From contig CAYQWK010000001.1 of assembly GCA_964420805.1 (NCBI GenBank), positions 3,773-67,772 on the forward strand: 64,000 bases of DNA, written 5' to 3'. The number at the start of each line of letters is the position of its first letter. Within the stretch, counting starts at the first letter, position 1. The notes beneath the pieces are model-generated. The model was not told the DNA's origin. It ran no database searches and saw only the letters and a program-made list of their open reading frames with translations. Both the position numbers and the translations under genes were made by a program. The DNA is from an uncultured Bifidobacteriaceae bacterium. Its GTDB lineage: Bacteria; Verrucomicrobiota; Verrucomicrobiia; Limisphaerales; SIBH01. This document shows positions 45,838 to 55,397 of this stretch, one piece after another.

Positions 45838-47670
45838 TCATTCCACGAACTTCAACACGCGCGACTTCTCGGAACGCTTGCGGGCATTCTCATCAAGGAT
45901 CTTCTTGCGCAGGCGCAGGTTCTTGGGCGTGGCCTCGACGTATTCGTCCACGTCGATGTATTCGAGGGCGCGTTCGAGGGAGAGCTTGAGCGGGGCGTTG
46001 AGTTGGATGCCCTTGCCATCGCCCTGGGAACGCATGTTGGTGAGCTTCTTCTCCTTAACTGGATTCACCGGGATATCGTTCTCTCGGGCGTTCTCGCCCA
46101 CAATCATGCCGATATACACGGCGTCGCCCGGCTCGATCATCAGGCGACCGCGTTCCTGAACCATGTTAAGCGCGTAACTGGTCGCCTCGCCCGCGTCCAT
46201 GCTGACCAGCGAACCGTTCTTGCGCGCGGCAATCTCGCCGCGGTCAGCCCCGTACTCGTGGAAGAGATGACTCATCACTCCCATGCCGCGGGTCATGTTC
46301 ACCAGGTCGGTCTCGAAACCGATCAAACCGCGCATCGGGACCAGGGCCTCGACGGACACAACCGCGCCAACGTGGTTCATGTTCGTAATCTGCGCCTTTC
46401 GGTTGGAGAGGTTCTCCATGATGGCACCGAGGTTCTCAGTCGGAACTTCGACGAAGAGCTTCTCAATCGGTTCGAGCGGCTCGCCGTTCGCGTTCTTCTT
46501 CCACAACACCTCGGGACGCGACACAAGAACCTCGTAACCCTCGCGGCGCATCTGCTCGACGAGGATGGCGATCTGCATCTCGCCGCGTCCGCTCACGGCA
46601 AAAATCTTCGGATCGCTGGTTTGTGCGATGCGCAGCGCGACGTTGGTGCGGATTTCCTTCACCAGGCGGTCCCAGATGTGGCGGGCGGTGACAAGTTTCC
46701 CGTCCACGCCGCCCAGCGGGCCATCGTTCACGGCGAACTCCATTTGAATGGTCGGAGGATCAATCGGGATGTACGGCAGGGCCGGGCGCGCATCGCTGTC
46801 GCAGATGGTCTCACCGATGAACACATCCTCGAACCCGGTCAGGCCCACGATGTCGCCGGCGTGCGCCTCCTGGATCTCGATGCGCTTCATGCCCTCGAAA
46901 TGATAGATGGCCGTAATCTTGCCCTTGGTGATGCGGCCGTCACCGTGGCGGCAAATGGCAGTGTCGGCCACCTTCACCTTGCCTTCGACGATCTTGCCGA
47001 AGGCGATACGGCCGAGATAGTCGCTGTAATCAAGGTTCGCAACCAGCACCTGAAAGCCCACGCCGGCCTTGGCCCGGGGCGGCGGGATGTGCTTCACGAT
47101 CGCATCAAACAACGGCTCCATGGTGCCGCTGGCGTGATCCAATTCAACCTTCGCATAACCGCCCTTGGCGGAGCAGTAGATGAAGGGGAAATCCAGTTGC
47201 TCATCCGTGGCGTTCAACGACACGAACAACTCGAACACCTGGTCCAGCACCTTCTTCGGATTCGCGTTGTCGCGATCAATCTTGTTGATCACCACGATGG
47301 GCTTGGCCCCGGCCTCGAGGGCCTTGCGCAGGACGAAGCGCGTCTGCGCCTGCGGACCTTCCGCGGAGTCCACGACCAGCAGCACGCCGTCGATCATGTT
47401 CATGATGCGCTCGACCTCGCCGCCAAAATCCGCGTGGCCGGGAGTGTCCACGATGTTCACATGGAAGTTCTTGTATTTGAACGCGGCGTTCTTGGCGCGG
47501 ATGGTGATGCCCTTCTCGCGCTCGAGGTCCATCGAGTCCATGAGGCGCTCGACCTGGGTCTCGGCCTGATTGGCGCGGAAAGTGCCCGACTGCTTGAGCA
47601 GGCAGTCAACGAGCGTCGTCTTGCCATGATCAACGTGTGCGATGATGGCGATATTGCGAATGTGTTCCAT
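45838..47670 (-). CDS. typA: Translational GTPase TypA/BipA
   Basis: MEHIRNIAIIAHVDHGKTTLVD, DTPGHADFGGEVER and NKIDR, with full-length collinearity to the family. Confidence 0.93.
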   Translation of the reverse strand: MEHIRNIAIIAHVDHGKTTLVDCLLKQSGTFRANQAETQVERLMDSMDLEREKGITIRAKNAAFKYKNFHVNIVDTPGHADFGGEVERIMNMIDGVLLVVDSAEGPQAQTRFVLRKALEAGAKPIVVINKIDRDNANPKKVLDQVFELFVSLNATDEQLDFPFIYCSAKGGYAKVELDHASGTMEPLFDAIVKHIPPPRAKAGVGFQVLVANLDYSDYLGRIAFGKIVEGKVKVADTAICRHGDGRITKGKITAIYHFEGMKRIEIQEAHAGDIVGLTGFEDVFIGETICDSDARPALPYIPIDPPTIQMEFAVNDGPLGGVDGKLVTARHIWDRLVKEIRTNVALRIAQTSDPKIFAVSGRGEMQIAILVEQMRREGYEVLVSRPEVLWKKNANGEPLEPIEKLFVEVPTENLGAIMENLSNRKAQITNMNHVGAVVSVEALVPMRGLIGFETDLVNMTRGMGVMSHLFHEYGADRGEIAARKNGSLVSMDAGEATSYALNMVQERGRLMIEPGDAVYIGMIVGENARENDIPVNPVKEKKLTNMRSQGDGKGIQLNAPLKLSLERALEYIDVDEYVEATPKNLRLRKKILDENARKRSEKSRVLKFVE

Positions 47671-47829
47671 GTTGTCGTCTTCCAAAATTTTCGAGCCGCG
47701 CAGTCTCGCTTTCCGCCGCCAAAGGTCAAGGTTCCCGTTCGGAAAAGAAGCAGCCCCCCGAGCGAACACACGCGCCGTTCCTGGCACTGCGCATGGGGGC
47801 GTCGTGGCTGATCAACGGCAACGCTTCGG

Positions 47830-48750
47830 CTATCGGGCGGCGGACTTGCGCGGCGGGCGTTTTGCCTTCTTCTCTTTCGGCGCGGCTTCCCGTTGAACGA
47901 CCCCATCGGGTTCAATGCGCAATACCAGCGCCGTGGTGTTGTCCCGGCCGGATTGCGCGACTGAGGCATCAACCAACCGACGCGCCGGTTGGTCTCCTTC
48001 CGCGCCCTCTCCACCGGCCAGCAAATCGAAAATGGCAGAATCGAAAAGGCCGTCCACCAACCCGTCCGTGCAAAGCAAAAACGTGTCGCCCGGTTCGATG
48101 CGCACCGCGCCGACCTGCGGGTCAACGAACTGGTTGCCGCCACCGAGCGCGCGTTGCAACACGTTGCGCCGTGGATGCGTGCGCGCCTCGCGCTCGTTGA
48201 TCTGACCCTGCCGGAAAAGCCAGCCCACGTAGGTGTCGTCGTGAGTCACCTGTTTTAACGCCGTGCCGTCCGCCGGACGGTAATAGATCCGGCTGTCTCC
48301 GATGTGCGCGAAGTAGAGCCACGATGGCGTCACCCAGGCCAGCGTCAGCGTCGTCTGCATCCCGGCACATTCATCGTAGCTGTTGCCGAGATAGACCAAC
48401 GCCCGGTGAATCTGCGTGTAAAGCTCCGTCAACACGTCGTCCACGCCCGCTTCCAAGCCCAGCGCCGACTGTTTGAAGGCGCGCGGCAGCAACGTCGTGA
48501 TCTTTTCCACGGCGATGCGACTGGCGAATTCCCCCGCCAGCGCGCCGCCCATGCCGTCACTCACGGCGAAGGCGTAATCATGCCGGGCCATGGAAGCCTC
48601 TCCAAACTTGCCGAGTCGGTGAACCTCGTTCGCGTCGAATTGCAGGCCGAGGAAGGAATCCTCATTGTGCGGACGCACCTTGCCGCGATCGGTCCAACCG
48701 AACCAGCGGAGGCGCGTCGGCGTTGTGGCGGAGGGATGGGCACCATTCAT
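47830..48750 (-). CDS. PP2C-family Ser/Thr protein phosphatase
   Basis: RPHNEDSF, AVSDGMGG, LCTDGL and DNTTALV are PP2C metal-binding motifs. Confidence 0.85.
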   Translation of the reverse strand: MNGAHPSATTPTRLRWFGWTDRGKVRPHNEDSFLGLQFDANEVHRLGKFGEASMARHDYAFAVSDGMGGALAGEFASRIAVEKITTLLPRAFKQSALGLEAGVDDVLTELYTQIHRALVYLGNSYDECAGMQTTLTLAWVTPSWLYFAHIGDSRIYYRPADGTALKQVTHDDTYVGWLFRQGQINEREARTHPRRNVLQRALGGGNQFVDPQVGAVRIEPGDTFLLCTDGLVDGLFDSAIFDLLAGGEGAEGDQPARRLVDASVAQSGRDNTTALVLRIEPDGVVQREAAPKEKKAKRPPRKSAAR

Positions 48751-48818
48751 GTTTCGCTAATGGGCGCAGTGCGTAACAGGGACGGTGGCGAATGCCAGAA
48801 GTAATTTCGGGGGCAGCC

Positions 48819-49454
48819 TCAAGAACGTCCCAATTTGATGAATTCCATCACGCCGTTGGCCATGAACTGCACGGCCACCGCCGCCAAAAGCAAGCCCATG
48901 ATCCGTGTAGTGATCCGCATCGCGATCGGGTTCAACCAGCGCGCGCCGTGCGCGGAGAGATGCAGGATGGCGTAACTCGCGATTCCGACCAGCAGGATGG
49001 CACCGCAAAGTCCGACGTGTTGCGGAAACCCGGATGCGCGGTTGTGCAGCAGAATCGCTGTCGAGATCGCGCCTGGCCCGGCCAGCATCGGGACCGCCAG
49101 CGGCGTGATGGCAATGTCGTCCTTGGCGGTGCCAGCCGCCGTTTCCTCGCGCGTCTCCTGAACCCGTGAACGTTGCGCCCGGAGCATGTCGAGCGCGATC
49201 AGGAGAAGAACGATGCTCCCGGCGATTTGAAACGCCGGCAGCGTGATGCCAAGAAACTCGAGTATGCGCCGGCCAAGCAACGCGAACGCGAGCAGCACCG
49301 AAACCATCACCCCGCAGGCCAACCGCGCCATGCGGATGCGCGCCCGCGGGGTCTCCTCCGGCGTCATGGCCAGAAACGACGGCACCACCGCGATCGGATC
49401 GACAATCACGAACAGCGAACTTACGGCCAGCACGGAGTATTCGAACAACGTCAT
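48819..49454 (-). CDS. MarC-family (UPF0056) integral membrane protein
   Basis: Trimmed to the ATG at 49454. LFVIVDPIAVVPSFLAMT and DIAITPLAVPMLAGPGAISTAI are MarC hallmarks. Confidence 0.85.
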   Translation of the reverse strand: MTLFEYSVLAVSSLFVIVDPIAVVPSFLAMTPEETPRARIRMARLACGVMVSVLLAFALLGRRILEFLGITLPAFQIAGSIVLLLIALDMLRAQRSRVQETREETAAGTAKDDIAITPLAVPMLAGPGAISTAILLHNRASGFPQHVGLCGAILLVGIASYAILHLSAHGARWLNPIAMRITTRIMGLLLAAVAVQFMANGVMEFIKLGRS

Positions 49455-50821
49455 GGGGTTTCGGCTCGGACGGAACATGGCGCAAGAATGGCGTCTGTCA
49501 TTCCGTGAATGATCTTCTTGTCCGCCGGGCAGATGGTCGCGAGCACGCCGCCCAGAGTGGCGCGCGCCGTGTCTCCGGAACCATTCACGAAGTAATACGG
49601 GCACAGTCTCGCGCGTCCAGGCATCGAGACGGTCGCGTCGCGATCAAAATCGAAATAGCCGGCCTCCACCAACGCGGGCTTCGAGTATCGCTGCAAAATG
49701 AACGGAGACGAATCGAAGCTGGATATTGCCCGGTCCACCGCGGCGCTCCAATCGGCCTGCGAAAGATCGCTGCCGAGATAAACCCCGCGCGCGCCCCAGG
49801 CGTCCGGCGAGAAGCCTGAAATCTTCAGGATCAACTCGCGCTCCCGTTGCGACAGCGCCTTCAACTGCTGCCAGTCGGTCAACTCCAGCCCCGGCAACGC
49901 CGCGTGCGGCGGCAACGGAGCCGGGTCCACAATCCACGAGTACGGCACCCACTTCAGCAGCCGCGCGAAAAACGCGTCGCCAAGATTCCGCCGCCAGAAC
50001 TCGCGCAGGTTCCGGTTCCAGAGCAGCGCAAACAGCGCCTTCTCCTCGAAGATCATCTTCGGGGGCGGCGTGAGCGTGAGTTTCCCGGCGCGGGCCATCG
50101 AGAACACCCTCTGCGCGCTGGGCACGTTCGCCACGTCGAACATCTCGAAGAAGCGATACACCGCGTCCCCGTCCGCGAAATTCTCGAAGCCTCCGTCCCG
50201 AACCGTGAACCGCCCGCCCAATTGCGCCGCCAGCCACGCCATCTCCGGCCGGTAGGTTGCCGCCTCGTCGGAAACCACCAGATGCACTTGTGACGTCGCG
50301 CCGAAAATGCCGGCGAACCCTGCCCTCATCCCGTCGCGTCCGCCCAGCACGACCGCGCCACCGGGCGCGTCATGATGCACCTGGTTCAACCACGCGGTCA
50401 GGCCGATACCGCCGGGAACGCTGTCGAGTTCGGTGATGCAGAGACCCTGTTCCGTGAGCAAGACATCCGGTCGGATCACGCGCGGCACCTCGTTCTTGAA
50501 CGCGGCGGCGCGTTGCAACTCCACCAGTTCTCTCGGCTTGCCGCGGTCCAGCAACTCCGCCACCCAAGATGGCTGCCGTCCATCAACGCTCTGCCGGTAC
50601 AACAAATTGACCGCCCGGTAAAACTGCAAGGCCACCCGGCCCATCCATTCCAGGTCCGCAACCATCTTCGCCGGCAACGCAAAGGGCACAGACGCCATGC
50701 GCCACGTTTCTCCGGCAAACAAGCCCTGCGCCGGCATCGCATCGCGGAAAAACCTGGCCCGCGCCCCGTCGGCACGGGTCGCTTCCGCGCCAGTCGCAAT
50801 TGATGTCCCGGATGAAGTCAC
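49451..50821 (-). CDS. Conserved-looking hypothetical protein (~456 aa, possibly an ATP-grasp-like ligase fold; function not recognised)
   Basis: Long non-repetitive ORF. The stop overlaps the MarC start by 4 nt (ATGA). The GTG start at 50821 is uncertain (alternative Met codons 29 and 42). The ATP-grasp idea rests only on a loose resemblance around ITELDSVPGGIG and is unverified. Confidence 0.65.
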   Translation of the reverse strand: MTSSGTSIATGAEATRADGARARFFRDAMPAQGLFAGETWRMASVPFALPAKMVADLEWMGRVALQFYRAVNLLYRQSVDGRQPSWVAELLDRGKPRELVELQRAAAFKNEVPRVIRPDVLLTEQGLCITELDSVPGGIGLTAWLNQVHHDAPGGAVVLGGRDGMRAGFAGIFGATSQVHLVVSDEAATYRPEMAWLAAQLGGRFTVRDGGFENFADGDAVYRFFEMFDVANVPSAQRVFSMARAGKLTLTPPPKMIFEEKALFALLWNRNLREFWRRNLGDAFFARLLKWVPYSWIVDPAPLPPHAALPGLELTDWQQLKALSQRERELILKISGFSPDAWGARGVYLGSDLSQADWSAAVDRAISSFDSSPFILQRYSKPALVEAGYFDFDRDATVSMPGRARLCPYYFVNGSGDTARATLGGVLATICPADKKIIHGMTDAILAPCSVRAETP

Positions 50822-50959
50822 GCGGCGATGCTAGCCCAAACACCCGTTTCGGCAATGCCGCGTCGTCGCGGCACCTTCGGCGCGTCGTTGCCCCTCCAAT
50901 CCAGTTGCCCTTCGCCAACATTCTGCCGCCCGTCATTCTGCCTTTGCGCCAGTCTGGCC

Positions 50960-51390
50960 GGCCCGATGCCGCTGGCAAACCGCCAAAGCCTTTGGCGGAC
51001 CACTCCCGCATCCTTGCCGCTCCCGCAAAGCCTTTGGCGGACCTCCCCGATGTCATTGCCTCTCCGGCAAAGCCTCTGGCGAACTTCGTGGGTGAACCGG
51101 GACCGTTGCCAAAGCCTTGGCCGGACCGCTCCACAGCCATTACACCTCCGCCAAAGACTCCACTGAACCGCCCCGATGCCGATGCCGCTCCCGCAAAGCC
51201 TCCGCCGAACTTCCCCGATGCCCCTGACACTCCGCCAAAGCCTCTGGCAAAACCGCCCGTTCACCCACGAGTGTCGACCAAGCATTTCCCGGACTTGGTG
51301 AATGCCCCGGGAGCTTGAACAAAGCCTTGGTTGGAACTCCCCGATGACAAGAATTCGCCGCCAAAGCCTTTGCCCGAACAGCCGCCAACC
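50960..51390. repeat. Tandem array with a 42-bp period (about 10 units), each unit built around a CCGCCAAAG-C-CTTTGGCGG-type palindrome
   Basis: CAAAG occurs at 50984, 51026, 51068, 51110, 51152, 51194, 51236, (51278), 51320 and 51362, exactly 42 bp apart. The best unit, 50980-50998, has perfect 9-bp arms. Confidence 0.9.
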
Positions 51391-51492
51391 GCCACTGGCC
51401 GCGCAGAGGCCCCTTTTGCCGCGCTTTGGGACGATGCCGGGCCGAAGTTCGTGCCTCAAGGGTGGACTCGACGTGTTTCCTCCGTGGATACG

Positions 51493-51858
51493 TCACGGCG
51501 GGCCCGGCTCGAATTCGCAGTAAGGATCAAACCAAAAGGGTTCAATCCTGTAAAACCGCTGAGGCCGATTCAACGCAACAGGGTCGATCCCACGCCAAAT
51601 GGAAGACGATGTGGAACACTCCATCAAAGACGTCCAATCTGTGAGCGTCTCGCTCGCCAGAATCGAGTACGGGCGATTCACCCGAAGCGGCCCTGCTTCC
51701 AGCAATCGAACACCGTTTGAATAGGTCATGAACCCCATCGGAGGCGGAGCGAGAACCAAAATGCTGTACACATGGGTTGCACTTGAACCCAGTGAATTGA
51801 TTGCGCGCACCAGGAACCGGAAGGACGCCCAAGGCATGTGGCTTCGGTGAACCGTCAT
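51493..51858 (-). pseudogene. Probable 3' remnant of a giant adhesin-like gene (end of an Ig module + C-terminal RFYR domain)
   Basis: FRFLVRAINSLGSSATHVYSILVLAPP...RPYSILASETLTDWTSLM...ALNRPQRFYRIEP is collinear with the tail of the 33560..37459 frame (AYSVTVSNSVATVTSASANLVVISAP...SSIIFASTNLQTWLP...NYPARFYKVEQ). No signal peptide or upstream domains. Locally lower GC. Confidence 0.45.
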
Positions 51859-52031
51859 GATGGTCCGCTGCTTTCCGGCACTGCACACCGCCACGGCGCG
51901 CGCAGAGCGATGCGCCCTGCCCGCAACCTTTGGCCCATTCTTGCCCGCCATTTTCAATCGCACCGGTCGCAGGGCGCTTCGTTGACTTCGCAATCTGCGC
52001 GGCGTAATGGTTCGTCGCGTCTTGTTTCTTT

Positions 52032-52319
52032 ATGCCCAAAGTCACTGTACTGCCCGCGAATGTTTCCGCCGAGGTCGAGCCTGGTGAAATCTTGCTCGAT
52101 GCCGGCGAAAAAGCCGGTGTTGAAATGGAGGCCGGTTGTTTCAATTGCTCGTGCGGCACCTGCGCCGTCGAGGTGGTGAGCGGCATGGAGAATCTGGCTG
52201 AACCGACACCCGAAGAACTCGACGTACTCGATGCCTGGAACCGCGATCCCGAGAAATTTCGCCTCACCTGCTGCGTTCGGATTCAGAAGGGCGACGTGGT
52301 CATCAAGGCCGGCCACTGA
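52032..52319 (+). CDS. 2Fe-2S ferredoxin
   Basis: 95 aa. GCFNCSCGTCAVEV has the C-x4-C-x2-C pattern, with a distal LTCCVRI cysteine. Confidence 0.8.
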   Translation: MPKVTVLPANVSAEVEPGEILLDAGEKAGVEMEAGCFNCSCGTCAVEVVSGMENLAEPTPEELDVLDAWNRDPEKFRLTCCVRIQKGDVVIKAGH

Positions 52320-52372
52320 AGACCGCCTGCGGTCTTGCGGGCAAATATCTCGTCCGGTAGCGTCCGCCCGCT

Positions 52373-53581
52373 ATGGATGAGACGCCAACACCCACGCCGC
52401 CAGCACCAGAAACTCCGCCCGCCGCGGCTTCGCCTGCCGCCGAGGCGCCTCCGCCTTCCCCGCCCCGCGCGACCATGCCGCCGCCCTTTTTGCCGCCTCA
52501 ACCCGCCGCGCAACCGCGTCCGCGAAACAACTCAGGCTGGAAGGTGCTCGCCATCATTTTGCTCGTCCTCCTGCCCATCCTGTTGTTCCTCAACCCACTG
52601 CACATGATGACCGCGGCCCTCAGCGGAGAGGCCGCGACGCTACCAACGCATCGTGTGATCGGGCCGCGCCTGCAAGAAGCCTGGATCGAACATTCGGGCA
52701 GCCGGAACAAGATTGCCGTCATCAAAGTCGAGGGAGTGATCATGGGCCAGAGCATGGGCCACAGTGGCTATTCGATGGTTGATGTGATTGAGGACCAGTT
52801 CGAGCGGGCGGCGAAGGATCAAAATGTCAAAGCCGTGGTTTTGAAGGTGAATTCGCCAGGTGGCGAAGTGCTGGCCTCGGACGACATCTACAAAGTGATC
52901 CAGAAGTTCCAGGAAAAGTCCGGCAAGCCTGTGGTCGCCGACATGGGAAGCCTCGCGGCGTCTGGTGGCTATTACGTCTCGGCCCCGTGCCAGTGGATCG
53001 TGGCCAACGAACTCACCATCACCGGCAGCATCGGCGTGATCATGCACGGCTATAACTGGCGGGGGCTGATGGACAAGGTGGGCGTGCGCCCCGAGGTCTT
53101 CAAGAGCGGCCGCTTCAAGGACATGCTCTCACCTGACAAACGCCCGGAGGAAATCACGGCCGAAGAACGCGAGATGATTCAGTCCATGGTCAACGAGACC
53201 TTCGACAAGTTTAAGAGCATCGTGCGCGAGGGCCGTGCTTACTCCGCGAAGAAAAACCAATCCGGTGACGCAAGCCGGGAGCTGGTCGAGAACTGGGAAC
53301 AGTACGCCGACGGACGGATTCTTTCCGGCAAGGAGGCGCAACGCCTTGGGTTCGTAGATGAACTCGGCGACTTCAAGACCGCCGTGGCCCGCGCGCGCAA
53401 GCTCGCGAACATCACCGAGTCCGACGTCATTACCTACCACCAGCCTTTCGACCTTGGCGATCTGTTCAACATCTTCGGCCAGACGGAAAGCCGGGCGGTC
53501 AAGATCGACCTTGGGATTGACGCGCCTAAGCTGCAGTTGGGCCGGCTCTATTTCCTCTGCCCGCTTGTGCTGCCGCGCTGA
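52373..53581 (+). CDS. sppA: Signal peptide peptidase SppA (S49 family, 36K type) with a Pro-rich N-terminus
   Basis: KIAVIKVEGVI, VVLKVNSPGGEV, SLAASGGYYVSAP (Ser nucleophile region) and ITGSIGV. Confidence 0.88.
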   Translation: MDETPTPTPPAPETPPAAASPAAEAPPPSPPRATMPPPFLPPQPAAQPRPRNNSGWKVLAIILLVLLPILLFLNPLHMMTAALSGEAATLPTHRVIGPRLQEAWIEHSGSRNKIAVIKVEGVIMGQSMGHSGYSMVDVIEDQFERAAKDQNVKAVVLKVNSPGGEVLASDDIYKVIQKFQEKSGKPVVADMGSLAASGGYYVSAPCQWIVANELTITGSIGVIMHGYNWRGLMDKVGVRPEVFKSGRFKDMLSPDKRPEEITAEEREMIQSMVNETFDKFKSIVREGRAYSAKKNQSGDASRELVENWEQYADGRILSGKEAQRLGFVDELGDFKTAVARARKLANITESDVITYHQPFDLGDLFNIFGQTESRAVKIDLGIDAPKLQLGRLYFLCPLVLPR

Positions 53582-53629
53582 TTGACTTCACCCCGAGCCT
53601 GAATTCAACTCCTCCCCGAACCCGCTCCC

Positions 53630-54253
53630 ATGAACCAAGTCACCGTCATCGAGCACCCGCTCGTTCAACACAATCTCACGCGCCTGCGTGACAAACGCAC
53701 CCAGCCGGAGGAATTCCGGCGCGGCCTCGCGGAGGTCGCGGCCCTGATGGTCTATGAGGCCACGCGCAGCTTCCCGCTGCGCACCGTGCGCGTGACCACG
53801 CCGCTGGCGGTCACGCAGGGCTACAAGCTCGAGCGCGAGGTGATCCTGGTGCCCGTCCTGCGCGCGGGATTGGGAATGCTGCCGTCCATCCTCCAACTCA
53901 TCCCCCACGCCCGGGTTGGATTCATCGGACTCAAGCGTTCGGAGGAAACTCTCGAAGCCACCGCGTATCACAAAAGCCTGCCGGAGGATCTGTCTGACTT
54001 CGAGATCATCCTCATCGATCCCATGCTCGCCACCGGAGGCAGCGCTCTGGCTGCGCTGGACCTGCTGCTGGAACGCGGCGCGGAACACGTGCGTCTGGTC
54101 AACGTCGTCGCCTCGCCCGAGGGAATCCGCGCCGTGCGCGCCCGGCACCCAGCACTACCCATCTTCACCGCCGCCATTGACCAGAAACTCAACTCGCGCG
54201 GTTACATCGTGCCGGGGCTGGGCGACGCGGGTGACCGGTTGTTCGGGGTGTGA
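53630..54253 (+). CDS. upp: Uracil phosphoribosyltransferase
   Basis: VIEHPLVQHNLTRLRD, VPVLRAGLGM, LIDPMLATGGS (PRPP loop) and YIVPGLGDAGDRLFG. Confidence 0.93.
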   Translation: MNQVTVIEHPLVQHNLTRLRDKRTQPEEFRRGLAEVAALMVYEATRSFPLRTVRVTTPLAVTQGYKLEREVILVPVLRAGLGMLPSILQLIPHARVGFIGLKRSEETLEATAYHKSLPEDLSDFEIILIDPMLATGGSALAALDLLLERGAEHVRLVNVVASPEGIRAVRARHPALPIFTAAIDQKLNSRGYIVPGLGDAGDRLFGV

Positions 54254-54263
54254 CCATCCAGGC

Positions 54264-55391
54264 ATGAGCGACAATCTCCTCATTTACGCGGACAGTGAAC
54301 GCGATGCGAACATGCTCTACGTAACGGGCATGTTTGTGCCCGATCCGTTTATCTACCTGCGCATCGGTGGCAAATGCCACATCGTGATGTCCGACCTGGA
54401 GATTGACCGCGCGCGGCAGGAAGCCCCGCACTGCAAGGTTATTTCGTGGGCGCGCTGCCAACGCAGCCTCAATGCCCTGGGAACAAAACAAGCCACCCCG
54501 GCCCGCGTGATCCGCCACATCCTGGCGCAACGCGGACTGCGCCGCGTGGTTGTGCCGGCAAATTTCCCGCTCGGCCTCGCCGAGGAATTGCGCGCCCTTA
54601 AGGTCGCCGTGAAGGCCAGGGCCGGACTCTTCTTTCCCGACCGGGAAACAAAATGCGCCGAGGAGGTGAAGAAGATTTCCGCCGCGTTGATCATGGCCGA
54701 GGTGGGCCTCGCCGAAGGATTGCACGTGCTCAAGAACGCCAAGATCGGGCGCAACCGCCGGCTGATGCACCGCAACAATCCGCTCACTTCCGAGAAGCTG
54801 CGCGCCATCATCGACACCGCCATCCTTCAGGCCGGCGGCAATGCGTCCAACACCATCGTCGCCGGCGGCGAGCAGGCCGTGGATCCGCACGAACGCGGCC
54901 ATGGCGTTCTTCGGGCCCACGAACCGGTCATCATCGACGTGTTTCCCCGTTCCCAGAAAACCGGCTATTTCGGAGACATCACTCGCACGGTGGTCAAGGG
55001 CCGGGCCAGCGATGCCGTGAGGAAGATGTATGACTCCGTGCGCACGGCGCAGGAAATCGCGTTCCATTCCCTCCGCCGAGGAACACCCTGCGCCGCGATT
55101 CATCGCAAGGTGCAGGAACTTTTCGCCGCGCGCGGATTCAAGACCGGGCAGCAAAACGGACGCATGCAGGGTTTCTTTCACAGCACCGGCCATGGCCTGG
55201 GCCTGGAACTGCATGAGTCGCCACGCGTTGGAACAAATTCACGGGACGTGCTCCGTGCTGGACAGGTCGTAACGGTAGAACCGGGGCTTTACTATTCCGG
55301 CATTGGCGGCGTGCGACTCGAGGATGTTGCCCTAATCACCGGCAACGGCCCGCGTAATCTCACCAAGTTCGAGAAGATCCTCGAACTTTGA
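54264..55391 (+). CDS. M24-family Xaa-Pro aminopeptidase/dipeptidase
   Basis: In-frame ATG at 54264 (MSDNLLIYADSERD). IIDVFPR..GYFGDITRT, HSTGHGLGLELHE and VEPGLY..GIGGVRLED are metal-ligand motifs. Confidence 0.88.
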   Translation: MSDNLLIYADSERDANMLYVTGMFVPDPFIYLRIGGKCHIVMSDLEIDRARQEAPHCKVISWARCQRSLNALGTKQATPARVIRHILAQRGLRRVVVPANFPLGLAEELRALKVAVKARAGLFFPDRETKCAEEVKKISAALIMAEVGLAEGLHVLKNAKIGRNRRLMHRNNPLTSEKLRAIIDTAILQAGGNASNTIVAGGEQAVDPHERGHGVLRAHEPVIIDVFPRSQKTGYFGDITRTVVKGRASDAVRKMYDSVRTAQEIAFHSLRRGTPCAAIHRKVQELFAARGFKTGQQNGRMQGFFHSTGHGLGLELHESPRVGTNSRDVLRAGQVVTVEPGLYYSGIGGVRLEDVALITGNGPRNLTKFEKILEL

Positions 55392-55397
55392 TTCCGC

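Noticed and set aside
45652-47811. A 719-aa plus-strand ORF opposite typA; similar cases occur at 39343..40455 (opposite rhaB), 58415..60340 and 60362..61498
   Set aside because: The opposite strand carries unmistakable conserved genes in each case. These are shadow ORFs.
50583-51459. ORFs translating the 42-bp array (50800..51318 plus strand, Pro-rich PAKPLADLPD repeats; 50583..51230 and 50818..51459 minus strand)
   Set aside because: Several frames on both strands are open simultaneously, as expected for a GC-rich repeat. There is no credible start or Shine-Dalgarno, no signal peptide and no non-repeat domain.
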